Shown here one piece after another: positions 27,147-36,950 of a DNA stretch of 64,000 nucleotides. Source of the DNA: Bryobacteraceae bacterium. GTDB taxonomy: Bacteria > Acidobacteriota > Terriglobia > Bryobacterales > Bryobacteraceae. The stretch spans positions 24,391 through 88,390 of the forward strand of contig DATGMH010000092.1 in assembly GCA_035293725.1 (NCBI GenBank), read 5' to 3'. The notes under the pieces were generated by a model. The model had not been told where the DNA came from, ran no database searches, and saw nothing but the letters and a program-made list of their open reading frames with translations. The position numbers and the translations under genes were made by a program. Positions within the stretch are counted from its first letter, which is position 1, and each line of letters starts with the position of its first letter.

Positions 27147-29678
27147 TCAGAGCTGCACCTTCCTCAGCCTCAGCGCATTTGAGATAACGGAAACCGAACT
27201 AAACGTCATTGCCGCGCTCGCAATCATCGGGCTGAGGACCAGGCCGAAGAAGGGGTAGAGAATTCCAGCCGCGATCGGTACGCCGATCGCATTGTAGACG
27301 AACGCGAAAAACAAGTTCTGCCTTATGTTCTTCATCGTGGCCTGACTGAGTCGCCGCGCACGCGCGACACCCCGCAGATCCCCACTGATCAGCGTGACGC
27401 CGGCGCTTTCCATTGCGACGTCGGTTCCGGTACCCATCGCGATTCCGACGTCCGCCTCCGCAAGTGCGGGAGCGTCATTTACGCCGTCGCCCGCCATTGC
27501 CACCTTGCGACCTGCAGCTTTGAGATTCCGAATCACCTCCAGCTTTTGTTCTGGGAGCACTTCCGCCTTCACGTCGTCAATGCTCAGCTTTCGAGCGACG
27601 GCCTCCGCGGTCCGACGATTATCGCCTGTTAGCATCGTAATGCGGACTCCTGCCCGATGAAGGAGATCGATGGCCTCTTGTGTCGACGCCTTTATTGGAT
27701 CAGCAACACCCAGCAGTCCAGATAATAGGCTATCTACGGCAACGAACATAACCGTCTGGCCCTCTGACCGCAGGCGCTCGGCCTCGGGTTCGAGGGCCGC
27801 TATGCTGATCCCCAGTGATTGCATCAATGCTGAATTCCCGGCTGCGACACTGTGCCCATCTACGACACCGGTTACGCCTTTACCGGTGATCGACCGAAAC
27901 TCAGTGACTGATGAAAGAGTGGCCCCCTTCTGCTCGGCGGCCTCCACGATTGCCGAAGCGAGCGGGTGTTCGCTGACCCGCTCAAGGCTTGCCACCTGTT
28001 GTACTACCTTCGGTTCCTCGAAACCCGGCACCACTTTGACCGTCACCAGTCGCGGTTTCCCCTCGGTAAGCGTCCCCGTCTTATCAACGACAACCGTGTT
28101 GACCTTTTCGAGTGTCTCCAGCGCCTCAGCGTTTCGGACTAGAACCCCGGCCTGCGCCCCGCGACCAGTACCGACCATGATCGACATGGGTGTCGCGAGC
28201 CCCAAAGCGCAGGGACAGGCGATGATCAACACAGCGACGGCATTGACTAGGGCGTGAGCCATCTTCGGCTCCGGTCCGACGAGCGCCCATCCGATGAAGG
28301 TCGCTACCGCGATCAGCACGACTGCCGGCACGAACCAGCCCGAAACTCGATCTGCCAGACGTTGAATCGGAGCTCTCGTCCGTTGAGCTTCGCTGACCAT
28401 GCGCACGATTTGAGAAAGCATTGTGTCCGAGCCGACGCGCTCCGCTCTGAAAACGAAAGCCCCAGTGGCATTGACGGTCCCGCCGGTCACCTTGGAGCCA
28501 GCCGATTTCTCAACGGGGATCGGCTCTCCCGTGATCATCGATTCATCAACTGAACTCTCGCCTTCCAGAACCTCGCCATCGACTGGCACTTTCTCGCCCG
28601 GACGGACACGGATTCTGTCCCCGATTACGATCTGCTCGACGGGAACATCTTGCTCGACCCCCTCTCTTCGAATGACACGTGCTGTTTTCGGAGCAAGGCC
28701 GAGCAGCGCTTTGATTGCACTCGATGTCCGGCTGCGCGCACGCAGTTCCAAAACCTGCCCCAGCAGCACGAGCGTTGTTATGACGGCCGCCGGCTCGAAG
28801 TACACCGCGATCTGCCCGCCCATGTTCCGGAATGACGGTGGAATCGCGCCCGGAAATAGCAGCGCGAATACGCTGTAAAGGTATGCCGCGCCAGTACCGA
28901 GCCCGATTAGCGTAAACATGTTCAAGCTTCCATTGCGGACGGACGTCCAGGCGCGTTGGAAAAAGGGCCAGCCTCCCCAGAGGACGACCGGGGTTGCCAG
29001 AGCGAATTGGGCCCACTGGGAAGTTCGCATTCCGACGGCGTGAAGCAGCGGGTGACCCGGCATCAACTCCGAAATCATGAAGGACAGAATCGGGACGGTT
29101 AGCACCACGCCGGTCCAAAAACGACGCGTCATGTCCACGAGTTCCGGATTCACTTCCTCACCCGTGACCTGACGTGGTTCCAGCGCCATGCCGCAGATCG
29201 GGCAAGCGCCTGGCTCGCTCCGGACAATTTCCGGATGCATCGGGCAGGTGTACTCAACCGCTGCCGAAACGGAAGGTGCGGCGGGAGCGGAGGCCGCCGA
29301 GGTGATGTATTTGTCCGGGTTTGATTGAAATTTCTGCAAGCAACTCTGGCTGCAGAAAAAGTACTGACGCCCATTACGCTCTACCGAGCCCGCCGCGTCC
29401 TCCGCAGTTACGTCCATCCCACACACAGGGTCGCGATGAGCAACCGCAACGGGTTCCTCGTGACGGATGAATCTACTGGGATTCGCCTTAAAGCGATCCT
29501 CGCACGCCGGCGAACAGAAATAGTACGTTTGCCCTTCAAATTCGATCCTTCCCGATGCGAACTCGGGCGCGAACCGCATTCCACAGACCGGGTCCGTCAC
29601 CTCCGTAGCCGTCGTAGTGGTCACCTGTTCACCCCTACGTTCCCAAGTTGGTTTTGTTGCGTCTTCTTCGTGTTTCAT
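27147..29678 (-). CDS. copA: copper-translocating P1B-type ATPase with two N-terminal YHS/TRASH domains and a CxxC-type heavy-metal-binding domain
   Basis: Motifs [17 protein letters not shown] and GDGVNDAP. The N-terminus has DPVCGM...[14 protein letters not shown]...YFFCSQSC and [35 protein letters not shown] precedes ATG 29678. Confidence 0.9.
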   Translation of the reverse strand: MKHEEDATKPTWERRGEQVTTTTATEVTDPVCGMRFAPEFASGRIEFEGQTYYFCSPACEDRFKANPSRFIRHEEPVAVAHRDPVCGMDVTAEDAAGSVERNGRQYFFCSQSCLQKFQSNPDKYITSAASAPAAPSVSAAVEYTCPMHPEIVRSEPGACPICGMALEPRQVTGEEVNPELVDMTRRFWTGVVLTVPILSFMISELMPGHPLLHAVGMRTSQWAQFALATPVVLWGGWPFFQRAWTSVRNGSLNMFTLIGLGTGAAYLYSVFALLFPGAIPPSFRNMGGQIAVYFEPAAVITTLVLLGQVLELRARSRTSSAIKALLGLAPKTARVIRREGVEQDVPVEQIVIGDRIRVRPGEKVPVDGEVLEGESSVDESMITGEPIPVEKSAGSKVTGGTVNATGAFVFRAERVGSDTMLSQIVRMVSEAQRTRAPIQRLADRVSGWFVPAVVLIAVATFIGWALVGPEPKMAHALVNAVAVLIIACPCALGLATPMSIMVGTGRGAQAGVLVRNAEALETLEKVNTVVVDKTGTLTEGKPRLVTVKVVPGFEEPKVVQQVASLERVSEHPLASAIVEAAEQKGATLSSVTEFRSITGKGVTGVVDGHSVAAGNSALMQSLGISIAALEPEAERLRSEGQTVMFVAVDSLLSGLLGVADPIKASTQEAIDLLHRAGVRITMLTGDNRRTAEAVARKLSIDDVKAEVLPEQKLEVIRNLKAAGRKVAMAGDGVNDAPALAEADVGIAMGTGTDVAMESAGVTLISGDLRGVARARRLSQATMKNIRQNLFFAFVYNAIGVPIAAGILYPFFGLVLSPMIASAAMTFSSVSVISNALRLRKVQL

Positions 29679-29682
29679 GGCT

Positions 29683-29826
29683 TCACCTATTGCTTTGGAC
29701 TGGCGTCGAACTTCTTCTTGCACACCGGGAGCAGAAGTAGTAGGTCTTTTCTCGGTGCTCGCTTTTTCCTGCCGCGTTCAGCGGGTCCACCTGCATGCCA
29801 CAAACTGGATCTCTTTCCATATGCAT
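29683..29826 (-). CDS. small YHS/TRASH-domain protein (47 codons as sequenced; C-terminus apparently frameshifted)
   Basis: Below the ORF-track size cutoff. AGGAG RBS, then [33 protein letters not shown]... The alternative frame continues ..[13 protein letters not shown], which restores the canonical C-X3-C and KKF tail. Confidence 0.6.
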   Translation of the reverse strand: MHMERDPVCGMQVDPLNAAGKSEHREKTYYFCSRCARRSSTPVQSNR

Positions 29827-29900
29827 CGCACTCCTGATACTTTGGTTGTCTGAATCGCGAGAGGCGCCTTGCTCCGAGTCCGCGCTCGCCGGATCTACGG

Positions 29901-30281
29901 CTAGCGGGAGTGTTTATAGATCAACTCCAGCAGCTCGTCATACATGGCGTTGGCCTGATCTGTCGGCCCGTCGGTGACCGCTTTTCTGACGCAATGCCTC
30001 AGGTGGTTGCGCATCAATTCTCGCCCAACCGTCCGCAATGCCTCCTGGGCTGCCGATATCTGAATCATGATGTCGGGACAGTAGCGGTCTTCTTTGATCA
30101 TGTTTTGTAGGCCGCGAACTTGGCCCTCAAGCCGCCGCAATCGCCGGAGGTTGGCAGACTTAGTCTCGGGATCAACCGCGACCGCCTTTCTACCCGCGCC
30201 ATTGGGCTCGGCAATGGAGGCGCACCCACACGCGGCCGGTACCGCTGCCTCGTGGGGTATTCCTGGCTTCGTCTTTCCCAT
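29901..30281 (-). CDS. csoR: CsoR/RcnR-family copper-sensing repressor
   Basis: LRRLRRLEGQVRGLQNMIKEDRYCPDIMIQISAAQEALRTVGRELMRNHLRHCV (DUF156 core with the C..H..C ligand pattern). The start is uncertain because the operator abuts ATG 30281. Confidence 0.85.
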   Translation of the reverse strand: MGKTKPGIPHEAAVPAACGCASIAEPNGAGRKAVAVDPETKSANLRRLRRLEGQVRGLQNMIKEDRYCPDIMIQISAAQEALRTVGRELMRNHLRHCVRKAVTDGPTDQANAMYDELLELIYKHSR

Positions 30282-30319
30282 ATACCCCTTAGAGGTATAC
30301 TAATACCCCTAGGGGGTAT
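30282..30319. promoter_or_regulatory. tandem CsoR-type operators
   Basis: ATACCCCTTAGAGGTAT (30282-30298) and ATACCCCTAGGGGGTAT (30303-30319). Both are G/C-tract pseudo-palindromes of the TACCC..GGGTA type, immediately upstream of csoR. Confidence 0.75.
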
Positions 30320-30328
30320 TGTCAAGGC

Positions 30329-30354
30329 GTGTTATGCGATCGTGTTATGCGATC
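30329..30354. repeat. 13-bp tandem direct repeat (x2)
   Basis: GTGTTATGCGATC occurs twice, in the divergent intergenic region. Confidence 0.8.
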
Positions 30355-30529
30355 GCGTAGGCGGCTACACCAGAGACATCGCCATCTTTAAAGATTTTGA
30401 AACGGGCATCGGGGCCAATGCTACGGCCTGTACGCTGCCACCAGCAATCAAGCTGTACTACGGCGATCGCCCTTGGGGCATCAACGTCTATGTCCGGCTT
30501 CGGATCAAACTTGCGCAATAGGAGAACGC

Positions 30530-30727
30530 ATGAAAAGAATCATTCTACTTGCGGCGGCAATCGCCAACACGGTCGCCGCCGCCGATCAACAAACCTTCAC
30601 TGGAACCATCACGGACACGATATGCGGCAAATCGCACGAAATGATCGCCGGCCAGACTGGCACACTAAACGAGAAAACCCAGACGATCAAAGTCAACTCG
30701 ATTGAACCCGAAGGAGTTTCCAAATGA
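30530..30727 (+). CDS. small secreted protein, internally deleted member of the 7810..8169 family
   Basis: AGGAG RBS. QQTFTGTITDTICGKSHEM joins directly to IAGQTGTLNEKTQTIKVNSIE. About 45 residues present in the 7810 paralog are missing. Confidence 0.55.
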   Translation: MKRIILLAAAIANTVAAADQQTFTGTITDTICGKSHEMIAGQTGTLNEKTQTIKVNSIEPEGVSK

Positions 30728-31132
30728 AAACGACAGTTGCAATCAGCATTCTGGCGCTAGCCGCGGTTGGTCTCGCGCATGATGAAGCGGAGGGAAAACC
30801 GGTAAACATCAGCGGCACGGTTGTGGACACCGGCTGCTATATGAGCCACGACGCGATCGGCGAGAAGCATACCGACTGCGCGACGATGTACGCGAAAAAT
30901 TGCGTGCCGTTGGCCATCGTGGACACGGGCCGGGAGAGTTTACATGCCCGTCGCGGCCGACCACAAGAATCAAAACGCCAAGCTCCTGCCATTCGTTGAG
31001 GACAAGGTCAAGGTAACTGGCACTCTGCTCGAAAAGGGCGGCCTGGCTGGGCTCACGATAAGACGATTGAACCGGCGCAACAGTGAAGCCGACCTCGACT
31101 GCTGGGATAGAATGGGCCAGACGACACTATGA
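30724..31132 (+). pseudogene. small secreted Cys-containing protein, frameshifted near 30928-30932
   Basis: Frame A reads MKTTVAISILALAAVGLA...ISGTVVDTGCYMSHDAIGEKHTDCATMYAKNCVPLAIVDTG. Frame B continues AGRVYMPVAADHKNQNAKLLPFVEDKVKVTGTLLEKGGLAGLTI. Confidence 0.6.
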
Positions 31133-32301
31133 TGACCAGAAGAGAAGCACTACTTGCTTTTGGCGCAGGGTTCGCCGGTTTTGCGGGTGAGGCGGACAGT
31201 CGCCGAATCCGGCTCTATCGAGTTCCAAACGACGGCATCCAGCCACAAGCCGCTTTCGACGACAACGGTACGCTCCACCTCATTTACTACATCGGTGACG
31301 CACACCACGGCGATATACTCTATGCGCATTCGAAAGATGGCGGCGCGACTTTTTCACCGGCTTTGAGGGTCAATACGGGTGGTTCTGCGATTGCCGCTGG
31401 AACCATCCGCGGACCACAATTCGCGCTCGGCAAAGCCGGTCGCGTGCACGTCGCATGGAACGGTTCAACCCAGGCGGGGCCGCTCAATCCAGATTCCGGA
31501 AAGCCGGGCGCACCGATGTTCTACAGCCGTATAAATGATGCAGGAGATGCATTCGAGCCAGAACGAAACCTCATGCTCCATTCGTTTGGCCTCGATGGCG
31601 GCGGCTCAATCGGCGCCAGCGTTGATGGGGACGTGTACGTCACTTGGCACGGCATCGCACAATCGGAAGCTAAAGACACGGGCAAAGAGGGAGAAGCTAG
31701 GCGGCGCGTTTGGCTGACTCGATCAGCCGATAACGGGAAGACGTTTTCTGAGGAGTCGAAGGCTTGGGCGCAGGAGACGGGTGCGTGCGGTTGCTGTGGG
31801 ATGAAAACCTTCGTCAGCAAGAACGGCGATGTATACGCGCTCTACCGGTCGGCGACAGAATCCGTTCATCGTGATATTTACCTGCTGCATTCACGGGATC
31901 GCGGCAAGACTTTCCAAGGCACACTGCTCCACAAGTGGAACATCAACGCTTGTCCTATGAGCAGCATGGATTTTGCAGAGAACGCAAACACTCTCGTCTG
32001 CACCTGGCAGACCGGGGGCCAAGTCTACTGGACCCGCATCAATGGAGATAGAACAGGCGAGCCTACCGGCGCTCCAGGCGAGGGAAAGGGCCGAAAGCAC
32101 CCTCGTCTTGCAGTGAACGGGAAAGGCGAGGTTCTGCTCGTTTGGACGGAAGGCACCGGCTGGCAAAAAGGTGGTTCACTCGCCTTCCAACTGTACGACT
32201 CCACAGGCACGCCGAGCGGCGACACCACTCGATTTCCGGGTGTCCCGACTTGGAGTTTTGCAGCTACCGTTGCGACTGCGGACTTTTCAGTCATCTATTG
32301 A
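31129..32301 (+). CDS. BNR/Asp-box repeat (sialidase-fold) protein with a Tat-like signal
   Basis: MMTRREALLAFGAGFAG at the N-terminus. Asp-boxes SKDGGATF, SADNGKTF and SRDRGKTF. Confidence 0.7.
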   Translation: MMTRREALLAFGAGFAGFAGEADSRRIRLYRVPNDGIQPQAAFDDNGTLHLIYYIGDAHHGDILYAHSKDGGATFSPALRVNTGGSAIAAGTIRGPQFALGKAGRVHVAWNGSTQAGPLNPDSGKPGAPMFYSRINDAGDAFEPERNLMLHSFGLDGGGSIGASVDGDVYVTWHGIAQSEAKDTGKEGEARRRVWLTRSADNGKTFSEESKAWAQETGACGCCGMKTFVSKNGDVYALYRSATESVHRDIYLLHSRDRGKTFQGTLLHKWNINACPMSSMDFAENANTLVCTWQTGGQVYWTRINGDRTGEPTGAPGEGKGRKHPRLAVNGKGEVLLVWTEGTGWQKGGSLAFQLYDSTGTPSGDTTRFPGVPTWSFAATVATADFSVIY

Positions 32302-33055
32302 ATTTCCGCACATCGGCAGATCTGATATTGCGATCGAGAAAGATGCGGACTATTCACCCAACTACCCATTCATTTCGTTCGAGCCTGTGTCCGTACCAGG
32401 GAGCGGAGCCCAGCTTCCTCCTGCTGCGTATTTGGTGAGCGCAGCCCCGGCTATCCCCGGCACGGCACTCTTCCTGCACACACGGATGTCACCGGCTGCG
32501 AATCTCTTGCCAGTCTCGGCTGACCACCAGTCAGCCTACACGCAACTGCAAGATTGGCCCTCAATACTGAAGAAAAAGCCCCAACGCTGGCCAACTTGCC
32601 GCCCGCCTGACGGCGGCCCGAGTGCCCGCCGCGTACCTGTCCCCCCTCGGGTTTGTGGCTCCGCCGGAGAATGCGCCCGCGTTGTATCGCGTCTCCGTCT
32701 CCAACCTCGGTAACCGGAGATGGCCTAGCTATGCCCCCTGCGTCGAAGGAACGCCCGAGAACCGCGGCAGACGAGACCGGACGTTTCGAGAGCGGACTTC
32801 ACCTAGTGCATGACGGCGCTCAGCCTGGGGATGGAGCATCGAGGACATGGCCGCGCGGCTCACGCAGGAAAGCGCGCTAAGGCGCGGGAGAACGGCGAGC
32901 GCTATGCGCACAGGACCGCGCAGAATGCCGCCGCGGCGGTCGAGCGCAATCGCCAGCGCAGCCGGGCGTGAGCGCAGAGCGCAGGGCTTTCGTATCCCCT
33001 GCATAGATGGCCCCGTACTTCGTATGCAGCCCTTCTTGCCAACACGAAAGCACGA

Positions 33056-33083
33056 TTGCGTTCTTTCGTGCTTCTGTTATATC
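33056..33083 (+). promoter_or_regulatory. candidate sigma-70-type promoter with an overlapping inverted repeat
   Basis: TTGCGT-N16-TATATC. An 8-bp inverted repeat CACGAAAG(33043-33050)/CTTTCGTG(33063-33070) overlaps the -35 element. Confidence 0.3.
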
Positions 33084-33157
33084 CTTCTATGTCGCCCAGA
33101 ACATTTTTGAGCGATTGCGTCAGAAGTCCGGTGACGCGCTAGGAAGGCAAGAATCGT

Positions 33158-33364
33158 ATGGCGAAGGTTCGAAAAGCCCGAAGGGCAGGGCGGTCGGAGA
33201 GCAAGCCCGAACAGGCGGAATCGACCAGGGCGATGCCGCTCAATTTCAAGGTCTCGGCCGACTTCCGCCGCGAATTCAAGACCTACGCCGCCCAGCACAA
33301 CAAGAAGCTGAACCAGCTTCTCTATGAATCCTTCGCAGCGCTGAAAGCGAAGCATGCCGAATAG
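33158..33364 (+). CDS. ribbon-helix-helix (CopG/Arc/ParG-like) small DNA-binding protein
   Basis: A basic N-tail, then PLNFKVSADFRREFKTYAAQHNKKLNQLLYESF, the beta-alpha-alpha pattern typical of RHH proteins. Confidence 0.6.
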   Translation: MAKVRKARRAGRSESKPEQAESTRAMPLNFKVSADFRREFKTYAAQHNKKLNQLLYESFAALKAKHAE

Positions 33365-33424
33365 AGCACAACGCCCCATGGATCGCTCAGACGCCGTCCA
33401 GACGACTTTGAACAGGTATCGGCC

Positions 33425-36400
33425 ATGAACCAGCTCGAAGAGTACCTGCGCGAAATGCACGACATCCGAGCCTCCGGCAACGCGGTCAAGGAAACGTCGT
33501 ATTACCCGGCGCTGTCGAACCTGCTCAACGACGTCGGCAAGAGGCTCAAGCCTCGAGTCCGCTGCATCATCAACCTGAAGAATCGCGGCGCGGGCGTCCC
33601 CGACGGCGGCCTGTTCTCCTCCGACCAGATCCAGCGCCGCTCTGCCGAGGAGATACCGCAAGGCACGATTCCCTCGCGGGGCGTCATCGAGGTGAAGGGA
33701 ACCGCCGAGGACGCATGGGTTGTAGCGCAGGGAGAGCAGGTAACCCGGTACTGGGGCAAATACTGCCAGGTGCTCGTCACGAATTACCGCGACTTCGTCC
33801 TGATCGGGCAGGACGCGGAAGGCAAGCCCGTTAAGCTCGAAACCTACCGTCTGGCGCCGTCCGAAACCCAATTCTGGAGAGCCGCGACTCTTGCCAAGGA
33901 GTCCGCGGAGCGTCTTGGCGAGAGCTTCCAGGAGTTCCTCAAGCGGGTGTTGCTCAGCACCGCGATGCTTGCAACCCCGGAAGAGGTCGCATGGTTCCTC
34001 GCATCTTACGCGCGCGAAGCGAAGTTCCGAGTGGAGGAGGGGCACCTACCGGCGCTAGCCACCATACGCACGGCTCTGGAGGAAGCGCTGGGCATGAAGT
34101 TCGACACCGAGCGCGGCGAGCACTTCCTCCGCTCCACGCTCGTGCAGACGCTTTTCTACGGCATGTTTTCGGCTTGGGTGCTCTGGAGCAAGAGCCATCC
34201 TCCCACCGACAAGAAATCCCGGTTTGACTGGCGTCTTGCCGATTACTACCTGCGCGTTCCGATCATTCGCAAGCTGTTTCGCGAGGTGGCCGATCCGGGC
34301 CAGCTTGAGCCGCTGAACCTCCCCGAAGTTCTCGATTGGGCCTGTTCCGTGCTCAACCGCGTGGACCGCGCTTCGTTCTTCTCCTCCTTCGACGAAGGCG
34401 CGGCCGTGCAGTATTTTTACGAGCCCTTCCTGGAAGCATTCGACCCCGAACTGAGAAAGGAACTGGGCGTCTGGTACACGCCGCGCGAAGTCGTGCGGTA
34501 CATGGTGGAGCGCGTGGACCGCGTGCTGCGCGAGGAGTTGGGCCGTCCTTCGGGACTTGCCGACCCCTACGTCTTCGTGCTCGATCCCTGCGGGACGGGG
34601 GCCTTTCTAGTAGAGGCGCTGAACCGCATAGCCCAGACGCTGAGCGAGACTTCCGGCGACGCCCTCATGGGAACCGACCTGAAGAAGGCGGCGACGGAGC
34701 GTGTTTTCGGCTTCGAAATACTCCCTGCGCCGTTCGTGGTGTCCCACCTCCAGATCGGACTGATGCTCCAGCATCACGGTGCGCCCCTGTCGGAAAAGAA
34801 GAAGGAACGGGTAGGGGTCTATCTCACGAATGCGCTCACAGGCTGGGAGCCCCCGAAACAACCCAAAAAGCTCCCATTCGTAGAGTTGGAGGAGGAACGC
34901 GACGCGGCCGACCACGTCAAACGCGAGACGCCGATCCTTGTGATTCTCGGCAATCCGCCATACAACAGCTTTGCCGGCATTGCGCGCATCGAAGAAGAGC
35001 GCGATCTCACGATTGCCTATCGCACAACCAAGAATGCTCCGGCACCGCAAGGGCAGGGCCTCAATGATTTGTACGTTCGCTTCTTCCGCATGGCGGAGCG
35101 CCCGATCGTCGAAAAGACAGGGCATGGCATCGTCTGCTTCATCTCGAATTACTCGTGGCTGGACGGCCTGTCCTTTACCGGCATGAGAGAACGGTACCAG
35201 GAGGTATTCGATTACATCTGGATCGATTGCCTCAACGGCGACAAGTACAAAACCGGCAAAGTCACGCCGGACGGACAGCCCGACCCGAGCATCTTCTCGA
35301 CCGAGTTCAACCGAGAGGGAATCCAGATTGGAACGGCAATCGCGCTTCTGGCTCGCAACGCAGGGACGGGCAGCGCAGAAATCAACTTCCGCGAGTTCTG
35401 GGGCAAAACCAAGCGTGCGGATCTTCTGGTATCCCTGACGAACGAAGCGGACCGTCCCTACACTCCGCTTGCCCCGCAAGTGGAGCTTGGATTGCCGTTC
35501 ATCACAGCGGCCGTCGCCGCGGACTACGCCGCATGGCCGCTCATTACAGAACTCTTGCCCACTTCATTTCCCGGTGTCCAGTCAAAGCGCGATGAAATCG
35601 TCGTCGATATGGACCGGCAGGCTCTCGTTGACCGCATGCAGGCGTATTTCGACCCTAACGTTTCCGATTCGGAAATGCGGAAGATCTGTCCGAAGGCTCT
35701 TGAGAGCACACAGCAGTTCGATGCGCCCGCAGTTCGCGCGTCATTGATAAAACGCGGACTGAAGCCGGACTACTTTGTTCGCTACTGCTACCGCCCGTTC
35801 GATTTTCGCTGGATCTACTGGGAACAGGAGTACGGTCTTCTCGGCCGAAGGTCGCCGGCCTACTTTGCGAACATGCAGCCCGGCAATCCCCACATAGAGG
35901 CCAGGCAGAAGCAGCCGATGGCGGATTTTGACCGGGGCTACGTCACTTCGGTAGTCGCAGACAATTTCGGCAACGGGTTTTCGAACTTCTTTCCGTTGTG
36001 GATTCACGAGGAAGGCAATTTACTTTCCGCCGCCGCGACACACCCCAACGTTTCGGACGCCGCGCTGAAATATTTGGCATCCATCGCGGGAAGCGCGGAA
36101 GCTCTCTTTTTCCACGTCGTCGCGGCTCTGCACTCGCCGGCATATCGGCTGGACAATCAGGGTGCCTTACGTCAAGAATGGCCTCGCATTCCCCTTCCCG
36201 GAAATGCCGAAGCGCTCGCATCGTCAGCAAAGTTGGGCAAGCAAATAACGGCCCTTCTGGACACAGAATGCAAAGTCAAGGGTATCAACGAACCGCCTAT
36301 CCGCGGCGACTTTCACCTCATCGCCGTAATCGAGCGAGAGGGCAAAGGAGCCGTGAACCCTGACGAGGGCGATCTGGAGCTTACCGCAGGTTGGGGACAC

Positions 36401-36770
36401 GCAGGTAAGGGGGGTGCGACCATGCCGGGCAAGGGAAAGGCGATAGAGCGGCCCTACACTCCTCAGGAGGCGAAGGCGCTCGGAGAACATATTTCGATCT
36501 TCGGCGAGAAGACCGTGGACGTGTACCTGAACGACCGCGCTGTACTGGCGAAATGTCCCCGTCAGGCTCTGGGACTACACGATCAGCGGATATGCCGTCA
36601 TCAAGAAGTGGCTCAGCTATCGGGAAAAGGCACTGCTCGGCCGGAGCCTGAACGTCGAAGAAGCCCGCTACGTCACGGAGACGGCGCGCCGCCTCGCGGC
36701 GCTGATGCTCCTGGGGCCTCATCTCGACGAGAATTATCGGACCGTCGTGAAGGGAGCCCACAAATGGTGA
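33425..36770 (+). pseudogene. single-chain restriction-modification enzyme (PD-ExK nuclease + gamma-class N6-adenine methyltransferase + type ISP-like C-terminal specificity domain), frameshifted near 36531-36545
   Basis: D60..E89-V-K91 (VPDGGLF..GVIEVKG), LDPCGTGAFL, and NPPY at 34952-34963. After ..VYLNDR the conserved tail WRNVPVRLWDYTISGYAVIKKWLSYREKALLGRSLNVEEARYVTETARRLAALMLLGPHLDENYRTVVKGAHKW* is in the +1 frame, ending at stop 36768-36770. Confidence 0.8.
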
Positions 36771-36950
36771 TGGCATCCCGCAACGCGCTGAAAATAAACC
36801 GTGCCACAACGGTGGATCACGGGAGGTGTCTGGGCTTCACGTGGGCCGAATTTGTCGTATTCGCTTTTCCTTCGCCTCGGCGCTACAATAGCATACAGGG
36901 CATTCTGAAGCCTCGCTCGCAAGGCGTGTTTCCGGAACAAAGAAGCCACC

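Noticed and set aside
32831-32971. 46-codon ORF reading ..KRAKARENGERYAHRTAQNAAAAVERNRQRSRA
   Set aside because: It reads like protein, but it is short, lacks an RBS and matches no motif I can name. It is likely chance or a degraded remnant.
33077-34045. 322-aa minus-strand ORF; also 34607..35479 and 37839..38771
   Set aside because: Antisense to the two methyltransferase genes, whose frames carry the canonical motifs.
36531-36545. Programmed ribosomal frameshift in the R-M gene
   Set aside because: There is no slippery heptamer or downstream structure. A mutation or sequencing indel is the simpler explanation.
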